Below the pieces are notes generated by a model that saw nothing but the letters and a program-made list of their open reading frames with translations, did no database searches and was not told the DNA's origin. Shown here piece after piece: positions 33,706 through 44,750 of a stretch of 64,000 nucleotides of DNA. How positions within the stretch are numbered: position 1 is the stretch's first letter; each line of letters begins with the position of its first letter. Position numbers and translations under genes: made by a program. Source of the stretch: an uncultured Verrucomicrobiae bacterium (GTDB taxonomy: Bacteria; Verrucomicrobiota; Verrucomicrobiia; Chthoniobacterales; Terrimicrobiaceae); contig CAVPOC010000007.1 of assembly GCA_963706955.1 (NCBI GenBank), forward strand, positions 50,086 through 114,085, given 5' to 3'.

Positions 33706-35175
33706 ATGAATCCAAATTTATTGCTCCATAAGCTGGCCGGAAGGGTCGTCGCCACGCTCGCTGCAATCGTGATCATGGGTCACGCTCATGCTGCTTTCTA
33801 CGACAGACCCGTGACCGGGGCTCCTCCACCGCAGCCATCGTCGGAACCGTGGTTTGAACAATGGTGGAACGGAAAATACGCCAGCGGAAATTGGTTCGGC
33901 GTTCGCGACACCCTTGAGGATCGTGGTCTGAAGCTCGGCGGAAGGTGGATCGGAGTCTACTATGGGGTCGTTGACGGTGGCAGACCGGGTTTTCGAGGCA
34001 GCTACTTCGACGAGGAAATCAAATTTACTGGAGAACTCGACTTCGCCAAGGCGACCGGTTGGGAACCGCTGGAGGGCCTCAGGGGCTTTGGTGAAGTGCG
34101 CTGGCGCGACGGGTTAAATCCTAACCAGCGGGTTGGCGCCTCGGGCAACTTCCAGCCCTCTCATTTTCAATCCGGTAAACAGTGGCGCTTGATGACCTTC
34201 GGTCTCACCTACTTGACTCCGGAGCTCTTCGGCACCAAGGAGTTTTTGACTCTAACCGGCGGTTGGATTCAGCCGCAGAAAGAATTCATCGATCAGCCCC
34301 TTTCGAAGCAATTCGTGAACAATTCTTTTGAAAGCTCGAAGGGGATTGGAGCGAACATTCCCTTCTCATCCAGCTTCACAACCTGGGGTGGCACCCTAAG
34401 GATCAAACCGGTCGAATGGCATTATATCAAGGGAGGTCTTTTCATGTCGTATCCGCAGGCCACTTCAACCGATAATCATGGATTGGCCTTCGAAGGTTTC
34501 GGACCTGACCCAAGCCAAAACGGATTGTTCGCGATTGGAGAGATCGGATTCACTCCAAAAATCGGTCCCTCGAAACTTCCCGGTAAGTACGCCTTCGGTG
34601 GATACTACTACGAAGAGGAAAATACTTCCTTTTTCGGAACAGACTACAATGGGCGCTACGGATTCTATTGGCAGGTGGATCAGATGCTTTTTCGCGAGCC
34701 CTCCCCCGAAGCCCCCGCTCCGTTGGCCAAAGGTCCTTCAGACGGAAAATCGACGATGGACGGAAAGTCAGGCAAGGAAATAGAGGAGCCGGTTGTCGAG
34801 AAAAAGCCCAAACTCTCGGAGCAGGGTCTCTATTTCTTCAGCCTGTTCACCTACTCTCCGAAATACAACAACATCCTGCCGTTTTACTTTCACACCGGAC
34901 TTGTCTATAGAGGCTTAATCCCGACGCGAGACAACGACCAACTGATGGCTGCGTTTAGCTTTGGTCAATACAGCTTCTACAATATCGAATCCCTCCAGCA
35001 ACGAGGCAATGTCAATCAGCCTAATTACACGGGCGTCCTCGAGGTAGACTATCGCATTCAATTGAACAAATGGGCCTACCTTCAGCCTTACCTCCAATAC
35101 ATCATTCAACCCAATGGGACTGGTGCCATTGAGAATGCGACCATCCTCGGAGTGATGGCCGGGGTCATCTTTTGA
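33706..35175 (+). CDS. carbohydrate-selective porin (OprB family)
   Basis: Signal peptide, GNWFG.RD.LED.G, LPGKY.FG, YWQVDQMLFRE, GLIPTRDND, LQPYLQYIIQP.G, terminal Phe. Confidence 0.85.
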   Translation: MNPNLLLHKLAGRVVATLAAIVIMGHAHAAFYDRPVTGAPPPQPSSEPWFEQWWNGKYASGNWFGVRDTLEDRGLKLGGRWIGVYYGVVDGGRPGFRGSYFDEEIKFTGELDFAKATGWEPLEGLRGFGEVRWRDGLNPNQRVGASGNFQPSHFQSGKQWRLMTFGLTYLTPELFGTKEFLTLTGGWIQPQKEFIDQPLSKQFVNNSFESSKGIGANIPFSSSFTTWGGTLRIKPVEWHYIKGGLFMSYPQATSTDNHGLAFEGFGPDPSQNGLFAIGEIGFTPKIGPSKLPGKYAFGGYYYEEENTSFFGTDYNGRYGFYWQVDQMLFREPSPEAPAPLAKGPSDGKSTMDGKSGKEIEEPVVEKKPKLSEQGLYFFSLFTYSPKYNNILPFYFHTGLVYRGLIPTRDNDQLMAAFSFGQYSFYNIESLQQRGNVNQPNYTGVLEVDYRIQLNKWAYLQPYLQYIIQPNGTGAIENATILGVMAGVIF

Positions 35176-35550
35176 TTTAGATCATCGCGGGGAAACGACC
35201 GCCGCCGAGCAATGATTTGTCCGGCGGCGGTTTCGCTCTTTGTTGAGCTCCTGGCATCTTCCAGGCAAACTGGCGAACTCGCTTTTAACTCGCGCCGGTT
35301 TGCCAAAAACGTGGGCGTTACCGCTCACATCCAAGGGGCACGGCGAGGGCCGGGCCGAAAGGATTTGACACAAATGATCGTGGCGCTTTCAATCAATCAT
35401 TCCCCGTCCGGTCCATGCGTCCACATCCTGCATGCTCCTCCAATGACAGCAATGAAGCACACACGGCCCGGTCGAATCGCTCGACCCTTCAGTGAAGCAC
35501 GCAACGAGTAAGTGAATCGCGTTCCGCCTTCCACGGCAATCCCTCAAGCA

Positions 35551-37027
35551 ATGACTACCAAGCTCAACACCGCGAACCTAAGCAAACTCGATCCGCAAAT
35601 CCAAGTCCCTCGATACGATCGTCAGAAAGTCGGCCAGTCCATTATGCACGTGGGCGTGGGCGGCTTCCATCGAGCGCATCAAGCACTTTACTGCGACGAC
35701 CTTCTCAACCAAGGCGAGGATTCGAAATGGGGGTTCTGCGGCGTGGGACTGCTCAAGCATGACGCGCGCATCCGTGACGTTATGCGTTCACAGGATTGCC
35801 TCTATACTCTGGTCGAACGGAGCCTGGCAGGCGATTCGGCTCGCGTGATTGGCTCGATTGTCAACTTTGCCTTCGCGCCGGACGATCCTCAAAAACTGCT
35901 CGAGCAAATGGCATCTCCGGAGCACACTGATCCTCTCGCTGACGATCACCGAGGGCGGATACTATATTGACCAGTCCACTGGTGAGCTCGATGCCAAGCA
36001 TCCGGATCTTCAGCACGATCTTGCTCATCCGCATGAGCCCTCCTGTTCGTTCGGATATATTCTGGAGGCGCTTGATCGAAGGCGCTTGCGTGGGCTGGCT
36101 CCCTGCACGCTGATGTCGTGCGATAACATTCAGAGCAATGGCGAAGTCGCTAAGAAAATGCTCACCGCCTTCGCCGAATTAAGGGATCCCGCCCTGAGAA
36201 ACTGGCTCGACGAGAAATGCCTTTTCCCCAACAGCATGGTCGATCGCATCACTCCAGCAACTACCGACGAGCATCGCCAACTGGTCAGGGACAAATTCGG
36301 AATCGAAGACGGCTGGCCCGTCATGACCGAATCGTTCAAGCAGTGGGTCATCGAAGACCATTTCATTCAAGGACGTCCCAAGTGGGAACAAGTCGGCGCG
36401 CAGATGACCAGCGACGTGCTCCCTTACGAGAAAATGAAGCTGCGCCTGCTGAACGCCAGTCATCAGGCCCTTTGCTACATTGGAATGTTGCTCGGATACC
36501 AACTCGTCCACGAGACCATGGAAGACGCGGACATTCGCACGCTCGTTCAGAAAATGATGGATGAGGAAGTCACCCCGATTCTTTCACCGGTTCCCGGGGT
36601 TGACCTGACCGAATATAAGAAAACCCTGATTGAACGTTTCGCTAATCCGGCAATTCGCGATCAGCTTTCGCGCATCGGCATCTATGGTTCTTCCGGAATT
36701 CCGAAGTTTGCCCTGCCGTCGGCCACTGATCAGCTCAAACGCGGCGGACCTGTCAAGCTCCTCAGCTTTACGGTGGCGTCATGGTTTCGCTATTTGAATG
36801 GACTAAATGAGTCCGGGAAGGAGATGCCGATGCTGGATCCGATGGCCGCAACCCTGCGAGATCGAGCCAAGGCGGCTGGCAAAGACGCGCGGAAACTTCT
36901 GGGTATGCGGGAAGTCTTTAGCGAAGAGCTCGCCAATGATGCGACCTTTAGCAAGGAAGTCTCGAAGATCTTCGATAGCTTTTATAGCAAAGGCGCCCGG
37001 GCGACGTTGCGGGAATGCATTAGCTAG
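35551..37027 (+). CDS. mannitol dehydrogenase family protein (frameshift near 35925)
   Basis: P.YDR....I.HVGVGGFHRAHQA.Y joined to ILSLTITEGGY, SCDN, FPNSMVDRITP, QWVIED, YEKMKLRLLNASH, RFANP.I.DQL.RI. Confidence 0.9.
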
Positions 37028-37104
37028 CCTAAGGCATGTCCGGTGCACTGACGAGTTCTCGTAGGGATGCGGAGACTTACTTAGCTTCAACCGATCTTCG
37101 ATTC

Positions 37105-37165
37105 TGTAGCGACGGTGTCCTCACCGTCGGGGCGCTCTTTCGGCGGTGGGGACACCGCCGCTACA
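37105..37165. repeat. REP doublet, family 1
   Basis: TGTAG CGACGGTG TCCT CACCGTCG ... CGGCGGTG GGGA CACCGCCG CTACA between convergent genes. Confidence 0.88.
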
Positions 37166-37203
37166 GTTTAAGAAACTTTTCTTAGGTTCTCAGCCACGCA
37201 GAG

Positions 37204-38266
37204 CTACTTGAGCTCTTCATCGAAAACGACGGCGACCTTGCCAGACTTGCCGCTCGCCATAAGCGCATAAGCTTCGTCCGCTTTCTCGAGCGGAAATCTA
37301 TCGGTAACGAGATCTTCGGGATGAATCTTCCAGCGGACGATGCGTTCCACTAAGTCCTCCATCAGCCAGATGCTGGTCACCCAGGAACCGTAGACCGTCT
37401 TCTGATCGTGAATCATATCGTAGCTGGGCTGCAGGGCCAACGTTCCTCCCTCCCCAACAAGCGCGATTTTCCCCCACTTGCGCGTCGCTTGGATCGCCGT
37501 CAGGCGACCCTTGTCATTGCCACTGGCATCAAAGGCTCTCTCGACTCCGTGCCCGCCCGTCAGGTTTCGGATCTCTTCGACGTTGTGTGGCCCAGACTTG
37601 AGCACATGATCCGCCAAGCCCGAGTTTCCGCGCCACTTCGAGGCGATCTTCGACCACGTCGACCCCGATGAGCTTGTTCGCGCCGAGCGCCTTTGAAAGC
37701 ATGAGCGCGGCGAGACCGACCGGACCCAGGCCCACAACCAGGACGGCGTCGTTTCCGGAAATCCCGATCTTTTCAAGTCCCTCATAGACGGTCCCAAAGC
37801 CGCAGGCGACTTGTGCGCCGTCGGTGTACGAGAGCTCGTCGGGCAAGCGCGACGAGGTCCTTCTCTTCCGCGAGGATGTATTCGGCCATCCCCCATCCCT
37901 CTGCCAGCCATAGGCGGCGCGAAAGGAACTCGTGCAGCTGATCATGTAGCCGCGCCGGCAGTCGTTACAAACTCCGCACCCGGAAATGTGATAGACGATG
38001 ACACGATCCCCTTTCTTAAATTTTTTCAAGCCGGGTCCCTCCTCGACGATTTGCCCGCAGGGTTCATGTCCCGCGATCTTGTTTTGATAACCCTCAGGTC
38101 CCTTCCCAAGGTGTTCGCGGTAGATGGCTCTAATATCGCTGCCGCAGATCGTCGACGATTTTGTCTTGATTAAAACCTGACCGTGCCCTGGCTCGGGGAC
38201 CGCAAACTCCTTGAACTCTACCGTGCTGTTCCCGGGCAGCACTGCTCCCGTCATCGTTTTGCTCAT
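37204..38266 (-). CDS. zinc-binding (MDR) alcohol/polyol dehydrogenase (three apparent 1-nt indels at about 37892, 37845, 37616)
   Basis: [21 protein letters not shown]...C, GLGPVG; the alternate frame supplies [16 protein letters not shown]-terminus is in ORF 37204..37911. Confidence 0.88.
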
Positions 38267-38336
38267 AAGCTATGAGGTTGTCTTCTAATAACCGGGCGCC
38301 TGCACTATCATGCAAGGCGAGATGTGGGGACGGGCG

Positions 38337-39467
38337 TTAGCCCTTGATGACCTTTTCAGTTTGGACGTCGAAAAGATGGACCTTCTCCATGTTCAATTGA
38401 ACGGTCAACTGTTCGCCGGGATGGTAGTGATGCTCGCCGGGCACGCGGGCGATGACAGTGCCCGTTCCTGCCTTGAGATAGACGATTGACTCCGAGCCCA
38501 TCGGTTCCGATATCTCGATGACCGAGCTGATCGGGACGTGGGCTGGATCGCTGACCTGGTCGCTGAGATGCTCGGGACGGATGCCGAAGATAATCGGCTT
38601 GCCCTCGTAAGGGGCGGCCAGGGTCTCGAGCTTGCCGCGTAGGGGAATGGTCAAGGCGTTTTGCTGGGCATCCTCGACAAAGCTCAGCCCTCCATCGAGC
38701 TTCTGCACTTTGCCTTTGAGGAGGTTCATCGGCGGACTGCCAATGAAGCCGGCCACAAAAATGTTCTCCGGCTGGCGATAGAGAGTCAGGGGATCGGCAA
38801 TTTGCATGATGTTGCCATCGCGCATCACACAGATGCGGTCTCCCATGGTCATGGCCTCTACTTGATCGTGGGTCACATAGACCATGGTAGTGGTCAATTG
38901 GGTATGCAGTCGGGAGATCTCCGAACGCATGTGCACCCGCATCTTAGCGTCCAGATTGGAAAGCGGCTCGTCAAAGAGGAACACCTTCGGATCCCGCACA
39001 ATCGCTCTCCCGAGGGCCACTCTTTGGCGCTGGCCTCCGGAAAGCGCTCCAGGCTTGCGGTCGAGCATTTTGTCCAACCCGAGGCTCTTCGCAGTCTTCG
39101 TGACGGTCTGCTGGATGAAGTCCTTGGGCTTTTTCGCCAACTTCAAGCCAAAGGCGATATTGTCGAAAATGCTCATGTGCGGATAGAGCGCGTAGTTTTG
39201 AAAGACCATCGCGATCCCGCGATCCTTGGGATGCACATTGTTGACCACGCGGTCACCGATGGCAATGCTTCCGCTGGTGATGTGCTCTAACCCGGCCAGC
39301 ATCCGCAACGTCGTCGACTTGCCACAGCCCGAAGGACCCACCAGGACCATGAACTCGCCGTTCTGAATCTCCAGATTGATGTTCTTGACGGCGGTGAACG
39401 ACGGCTTGCCATGCTCGTCAAGATACGTTTTGACCAAATTCTTAATGTGAACCGCTCCGTCGTTCAT
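38337..39467 (-). CDS. polyol ABC transporter ATP-binding protein (MalK/SmoK-like)
   Basis: [44 protein letters not shown]-like C-terminus. Confidence 0.95.
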   Translation of the reverse strand: MNDGAVHIKNLVKTYLDEHGKPSFTAVKNINLEIQNGEFMVLVGPSGCGKSTTLRMLAGLEHITSGSIAIGDRVVNNVHPKDRGIAMVFQNYALYPHMSIFDNIAFGLKLAKKPKDFIQQTVTKTAKSLGLDKMLDRKPGALSGGQRQRVALGRAIVRDPKVFLFDEPLSNLDAKMRVHMRSEISRLHTQLTTTMVYVTHDQVEAMTMGDRICVMRDGNIMQIADPLTLYRQPENIFVAGFIGSPPMNLLKGKVQKLDGGLSFVEDAQQNALTIPLRGKLETLAAPYEGKPIIFGIRPEHLSDQVSDPAHVPISSVIEISEPMGSESIVYLKAGTGTVIARVPGEHHYHPGEQLTVQLNMEKVHLFDVQTEKVIKG

Positions 39468-39479
39468 AAGCTTTCTTTT

Positions 39480-40295
39480 CTATTTGACCGCTCCAAAGGT
39501 CAATCCGCGCACCAGTTGTTTCTGGGTCATCCAGCCCAGCACCATGATCGGGGCTACCGCCAGGAAGGAAGCCGCCGACAGCTTTGCCCAGAAGAGCCCC
39601 TCCGGACTCGAATAAGAGGCGATAAAGACCGGCAACGGCGCTGCGTTCACACTCGTCAGATTCAAGCTCCAAAACGCCTCATTCCACGACAAGATCACCA
39701 GGAGCAGTCCCGTCGAAGAGAGACCCGGGAGGGTCATCGGCCGGAGGACATGCCACATTTCTTGCCAGATCGTGGCGCCATCGATCCGCGCCGCCTCCAG
39801 AATGGCCGCTGGGATTTCGCAGAAATAGGTGTAGGCCATCCAGACTGCTATCGGCAAGTTGATCAGCGCGTAGATGACGATCAGGGCAACGATGTTATCC
39901 AAAACGCCAAAGAATTGGCAGAGGATATAGAGCGGAATTAACACACCCACTGCTGGCATCATCTTGGTTGACAACATCCACACCAAGGTCGACTGCGTCT
40001 TCGGTGTCGGATAAAAGGCCATCCGATAGGCTGCCGGGATCGCCAAGGCAAAGCACAAGAGTGTCGAGCCGATGGAAGCCAAAATAGAGTTCCACACGTA
40101 GACCGCGTAGTTGCTCCGCGCGAAGACCTCGTAGAAGGATACCAAGGTCGGAATAAAGAACAAACTCAAGCTCTGGGCTTCCCGCTCGTTCTTAAAAGCC
40201 GTAATGATCATCACAAAGATCGGGAAGAAGATGGTCAGGGCGACCAGCCAGGCCAAGATCCCCCACGCCCATTTGCTAAGCTTCGACTCGTGCAT
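39480..40295 (-). CDS. sorbitol/mannitol ABC permease (SmoG/MtlG-like)
   Basis: WMLSTKMMPAVGVL.P, EAARIDGA, SYSSPEGLFWAKLSAAS, QKQLVRGLTFGAVK. Confidence 0.92.
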   Translation of the reverse strand: MHESKLSKWAWGILAWLVALTIFFPIFVMIITAFKNEREAQSLSLFFIPTLVSFYEVFARSNYAVYVWNSILASIGSTLLCFALAIPAAYRMAFYPTPKTQSTLVWMLSTKMMPAVGVLIPLYILCQFFGVLDNIVALIVIYALINLPIAVWMAYTYFCEIPAAILEAARIDGATIWQEMWHVLRPMTLPGLSSTGLLLVILSWNEAFWSLNLTSVNAAPLPVFIASYSSPEGLFWAKLSAASFLAVAPIMVLGWMTQKQLVRGLTFGAVK

Positions 40296-40302
40296 ACTCT
40301 TT

Positions 40303-41227
40303 CTAGCGTGTCTGGAGGTTGCGGGACATCAGTCGAACCATGAAGAAGGCGACAACGTTGGCCAGCACCACTGCCAAAATGCCTCCGGCCGAGGCAATTC
40401 CCGCATCAAACTGCTGCAGGCCCAACGAATACACCAAAAACGCCAGGTTGGTCGTGGCCGTCCCGGGCCCGCCTGAGGTCGTCGTGTAGATCTCGGCAAA
40501 GATCGAGAGCAAGAAGATCGTCTCGATCATCACCACCACGCCAATCGCTCGGCTCAGATGCGAGAGGGTCACATAAAAGAAGAACTGCACCGGATTGGCG
40601 CCATCTACTGCCGCCGCCTCCTTCTGCTCCTGGTCCAGGCTCTTGATCGAGGTGAACAAGATCAAAAAGGCAAAGGGCAGCCATTCCCAGGACACAATGA
40701 TGATGATGGACAACAGTGGATGCGTGCTGAACCAATCGATGGCCGGCAGTCCAAGCTTGTTCATCGTCACCGCGAGGAATCCATAGACCGGGTGCATCAT
40801 CATGTTCTTCCAAATGAGCGCACTCACCGTCGGCATCACAAAAAACGGGGCAATCACCAGCAAGGTGGCCACGTTCTTGCCGAAGAAGTCCCGGTCAAAG
40901 AGCACCGCAAAGAGCGTCCCTAAAACCACCGTGATAATCAGCACCGCCCCGATTAAGATGATGCTGTTGATGATCGCCGGGATAAAGGCCGGATCCTCCC
41001 ACAAATACCTGTAGTTCTCCAGCCCGGCAAAGCCAGTCAGCTCAGGATTAAGCAGATTTTTGCGGATGAAGGAAAAGTAGATCGTCATCCCCAAGGGGAC
41101 GATCATCCACAAGAACAACACCGCCACCGAGGGAAACTGCAGCAAAGGCAACAGGAGGCTCGGCTTAGCCCTCCACCTCAGGCTCGACAGAGCTTGCGGG
41201 GACTACGGGCTGTGGAGCGGTGCTCAC
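40303..41227 (-). CDS. sorbitol/mannitol ABC permease (SmoF/MtlF-like); probable start GTG 41227 with a frameshift near 41170
   Basis: PSV..LFLWMIVPL.MTIYFS, APFFVMPTVSALIWKN, WEWLPFA, EAA.VDGA, TSGGPG. Confidence 0.9.
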
Positions 41228-41277
41228 TTTACATCTTCAAAGCACAACCAGAGTTTTTTTATCCCCTCTTTCGCCGT

Positions 41278-42585
41278 TTACTTCTGCAATCCCGCCTGCT
41301 TGACGGCTTTGTTCGCTGCCGCCTGGCTCGCCTTTAAGGCGGCATCCACCGTCATCTTTCCCGCCAGCGCTCCCGCGACATTCTGCCCGACCACCGTTCC
41401 AAAGGACTGAAACTCCGGAATCCCGACAAACTGCACACCCGTGTACGGCACCGGCCGGATCGCCGGATTGGTCGGATCCGCCGTCTGCATCGCTTTCAGC
41501 GTGACCGCCGCAAACGGTGCCGCTTTTTGATACTCCGCATTGTCATAGAGAGACTTCCGCGTTCCGGGCGGCACCGTCGCCCACCCAGTCTCGTCGGCTA
41601 CCATCTTGATATACTCTTTGGAGGTTGCCCACAGCGCAAACTTCTTGGCCTCCTCTGCCGCCTTCGAACTCTTTGGGATGGCAAAGGCCCACGACCAGAG
41701 CCAGTGGGATCCATTAGGCGTCTTCTCGATCGGTGCGTTGGCAAAGGCCACCTTGTCGGAAACCTGCGACTCCTTCGGGTCAAAAAGCGGGCCGGCTCCA
41801 GAGGTCGCATCGATCCACATCGCCGCCTTTCCGGTAGCAAAGATCGTCAGGTTCTCGTTGAACCCATTCGAGGTTGCTCCGGGCGGTCCGGATGCCTTCA
41901 TCAAATCCACGTAGTAGCTAATCGCACTCTTCCACTCCGGACTTTCAATGGTCGCCTTCCACTCCATGTCGAACCACGTCCCCCCGAAGGTGTTTACCAG
42001 CGTGCTGACAAAGGCCATGTTCTCTCCCCAGCCCGGCTTCCCGCGCAAGGTGATCCCATAGATTCCCTTGCCTTTGTCGGTGAGCGCCTCCGCCCATTTC
42101 TTGATGTCCGCATAGGTCGCCTGCTCCGGCATCGTGATCCCCTTGGCGTCGAAAAGATCCTTGCGATACATCAACATCGAACTCTCTCCGTTGAAGGGCA
42201 GCGCGTAGAGCTTTCCATCATAGGACAAGCCGTCGCGCAGGCTCTTGAAGACGTCCTCGATATCGTATTCTGCCGGCAGATTCGCCATCTCCGTCAGCCA
42301 GCCTCGCTTGGCAAAGATCGGCGCCTCATACAGCCCAATGAAAATAACGTCAAATTGCCCGCCCCCGGTCGACACGTCCGTCGTGATCCGTTGGCGCATG
42401 ATGTTCTCTTCCAGAACCAGCCAATTTAATTTGATGTTCGGATTGGCCTCTTCGAACTTTGTCGAAAGTTTCTTTAAGGTGATCATGTCCGGATTATTCA
42501 CCGTGACGATGTTCACCGTTTTTTGCTGAGCGAGGACGTTCAAGCTCGTCAGGAGGATGATAGCGAGGGAGAGAAGACGTTTCAT
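41278..42585 (-). CDS. sorbitol/mannitol ABC substrate-binding protein (SmoE/MtlE-like)
   Basis: TVNN.DMI....LS..F, LEEN..RQRITTD, LRGKPGWGENMA, WIDAT, PYTGVQFVGIPEFQ. Confidence 0.92.
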   Translation of the reverse strand: MKRLLSLAIILLTSLNVLAQQKTVNIVTVNNPDMITLKKLSTKFEEANPNIKLNWLVLEENIMRQRITTDVSTGGGQFDVIFIGLYEAPIFAKRGWLTEMANLPAEYDIEDVFKSLRDGLSYDGKLYALPFNGESSMLMYRKDLFDAKGITMPEQATYADIKKWAEALTDKGKGIYGITLRGKPGWGENMAFVSTLVNTFGGTWFDMEWKATIESPEWKSAISYYVDLMKASGPPGATSNGFNENLTIFATGKAAMWIDATSGAGPLFDPKESQVSDKVAFANAPIEKTPNGSHWLWSWAFAIPKSSKAAEEAKKFALWATSKEYIKMVADETGWATVPPGTRKSLYDNAEYQKAAPFAAVTLKAMQTADPTNPAIRPVPYTGVQFVGIPEFQSFGTVVGQNVAGALAGKMTVDAALKASQAAANKAVKQAGLQK

Positions 42586-43014
42586 GGGAGAACTGAGTTG
42601 TGGTTACGTTATCTTTGTGGCGGAGGGGGGACCTCTGGCGGAAGCCCTTGGCGAGAGCATCCACCCAACGTCAGCCATCCTGACGCAATTTGATCGACCA
42701 CGCAAACCCCTTTTTTTACCGCCCAGCTAAACTGGTAGGACAGCGCCTCGTCTTCATCTCATCAATTAGCTACCCGTTAAGGGTAAGCGGCTTCCAACGT
42801 CGGGCGAAAGGGCTAAGGACATTTGAGCAGCTATCACTTGCGGGCCGTTGAACCGTCGGGCGCAGCCGAGATCCCGCGGCCGCAGTTAGCCTTCTAACTG
42901 CCTGTCAACATCTCAAGGGTCGTTGAGCACGTGACTAGAGCGCTTCCGTCGGCCAGCCGGCGGGCTGGCTTCCGACCACCTATTCCCCAAAGATCGCGCC
43001 GTCCACACCGGCGA

Positions 43015-43575
43015 TCATGAAGGCTCGCTATCCGCATTCGAGTAATCAAGCCGCGCCTGGTAGTCTTGATAAAGCCGGGCATAGGGTTCGACCCAGGCCG
43101 TCACAGGCTGAATTTCTTGCAGGTTCAGTCCCTCTACAAACGGCAATGCGACGCCTGCACCTTGCGCTGCGATGAGAGCTGCGCCGATGGCGGTAAGTTC
43201 AGGCTCATCGACCACGGTCACCGGTTGGCCAAAAATGCTGGCGCGCAATTCTACGAAGGCGTGCGATCGTGCCCAGCCGCCAGCTGCGAAAATCGGGGCA
43301 GGCGTGGCCCCGACCCTCAATATCTCATCAAACATCCGTCGAGCGTAGAAGGTCGCCGCCTCTAATACGGTTCGCACATCCGCTTCGGTCGGTTCGTTCC
43401 CAGATCGCAAGAGTAATTCGTCAGAAGCCGGAATCGGAATTGGACGGTCGCCAGGAACGCCCGGGATGCGCTCCAACGCAAGCAACCGCCTGACAAGGTC
43501 GGTGGTCCCGCGATGCGGATGAATCGCCGCCGCCAATTCAAAAACGCCGAGGTAGGATAAGCCATCATTGCCCAT
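43015..43575 (-). pseudogene. C-terminal fragment of an FGGY-family carbohydrate kinase
   Basis: R.VLE...F..R, IFAAGGWARS..FVELRASIFG.PV.V..EPELTAIGAALIAA; the 5' part is replaced by IS256 sequence. Confidence 0.75.
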
Positions 43576-44221
43576 CGCCGGTCCTCCCAGTCAATACCGA
43601 TAGCCACCAGCACGGCTCGTGAGCGGATCACTCTGCTCTCACGCGGTTTTTCATATCGCGTGTCGACGATGAGGTAGGGATACTCGCTATCCAACCCGCA
43701 CCGAGCAAAGCGTCCGAGTTCGTTATCCAGCTTCTTATTGATCGAATCGCGCTCGCACTAAAGCTGTGCCCGCAGAGCTCTTCGCTGATCGCTTTAACTT
43801 TCCGAATCGACACTCCTTGGAAGCACCTCTCCCTCAGCGCAGCGACCCGCGCTCTCGCTGCGCTTGTAGCGCTCGAAGTTCTCAGTGAAAAATCGCCCTG
43901 GCGATCTTGGGGAACTCTTAACTAGAGTTTTCCTATTCGCGTGACCAAGCTCCGGTTATAGTAGCCGCCGCGATAACTTAGACGCCTGTCGGCTCGCTCT
44001 CCTTTCTCCGCTCCGACGGCTTACGCCATCTCCGCTTCAAGAAATTCCTGGATGACACTGCGTACCAGCGGACCGAAAAAATCCCGTCTTCACCACTCAT
44101 CGCTTCTCTTCGGTTCCTTTGTTATCTCTCTTTTGAGTCAAGGTTCGATACTCCGTTCGGTTGTTTTTCACTCCAACTGCTTACCAAGACCTCGTCTCTT
44201 TACGGAACTTTCAGACACTAC
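43576..44221 (-). mobile_element. IS256-family remnant (left end plus 5' part of a decayed transposase)
   Basis: Minus strand starts GTAGTGTCTGAAAGTTCCGTAA. Fragments LEAEM..AVGAEKGER, YR.GYY.R.LVTRIGKL.LRVPQDR, S.RKVKAISEELCGHSFSAS and YPYLIVD.RYEK..SRAVLVAIGIDW, with stops and frameshifts. Confidence 0.88.
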
Positions 44222-44222
44222 G

Positions 44223-44416
44223 TTGCTAGCAGCACTGTGCGCTTACGATGCGTGCGCATATTGCGAGGATTTGTGCGCAAATTAGCGCTATTCATCGAAG
44301 ATTCAAGCTGCATATAATTGCGCAAGAAGCTCCCTCCAAAACGAATTTTTCGTCCTAGAATCGAATAAACTATTACCAATAAACCACTTATCTAGAACAA
44401 GAAGAAAAGTATGAAA
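44223..44416 (+). promoter_or_regulatory. XylR-linked promoter cassette, copy A
   Basis: Near-identical to 48085-48285 and 52893-53086 in its 5' half; TGCGCA direct repeats 21 bp apart, TATAAT at 44313, GAACAAGAAGA..ATGAA. Confidence 0.75.
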
Positions 44417-44750
44417 AGGCTTTTCATCTCTGCTATATGCGCGAGGAACAGCGCGCGAGCGCCAATGAAATTTTGTGAGAGTGCCAGCGGCAACTTCTAC
44501 GATGGGCTAACCGGCGAAAGCCCATCTGAAATGCCTATATTCCTTACCAGACCCGACTTTGACGCTCACGGCCGAGGCGCGGGCTAGGCGACCAGCTCCA
44601 TTTCGAGTCGGGCATGAAGCACTGTATCAATCGGGACGGAGAATCTTTTCGTGTTCGAGCGCTTCATTGATCCCAGGGATGGATAGGACCGCGCGTCGAT
44701 CTACGAGCCGGATGCCGTATGAAGTGCGCCAGTCGCAATCTCTCCCGCTT

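Noticed and set aside
35365..35393. Sigma70 promoter TTGACA-17-TTCAAT before the mannitol dehydrogenase gene
   Set aside because: Plausible, but the -10 box is weak and there is no independent support
41527..42429. Long antisense or alternate-frame ORFs (this one, also 54692..55627, 14903..15772, 31588..32517)
   Set aside because: Shadow ORFs of GC-rich genes with no recognisable motifs
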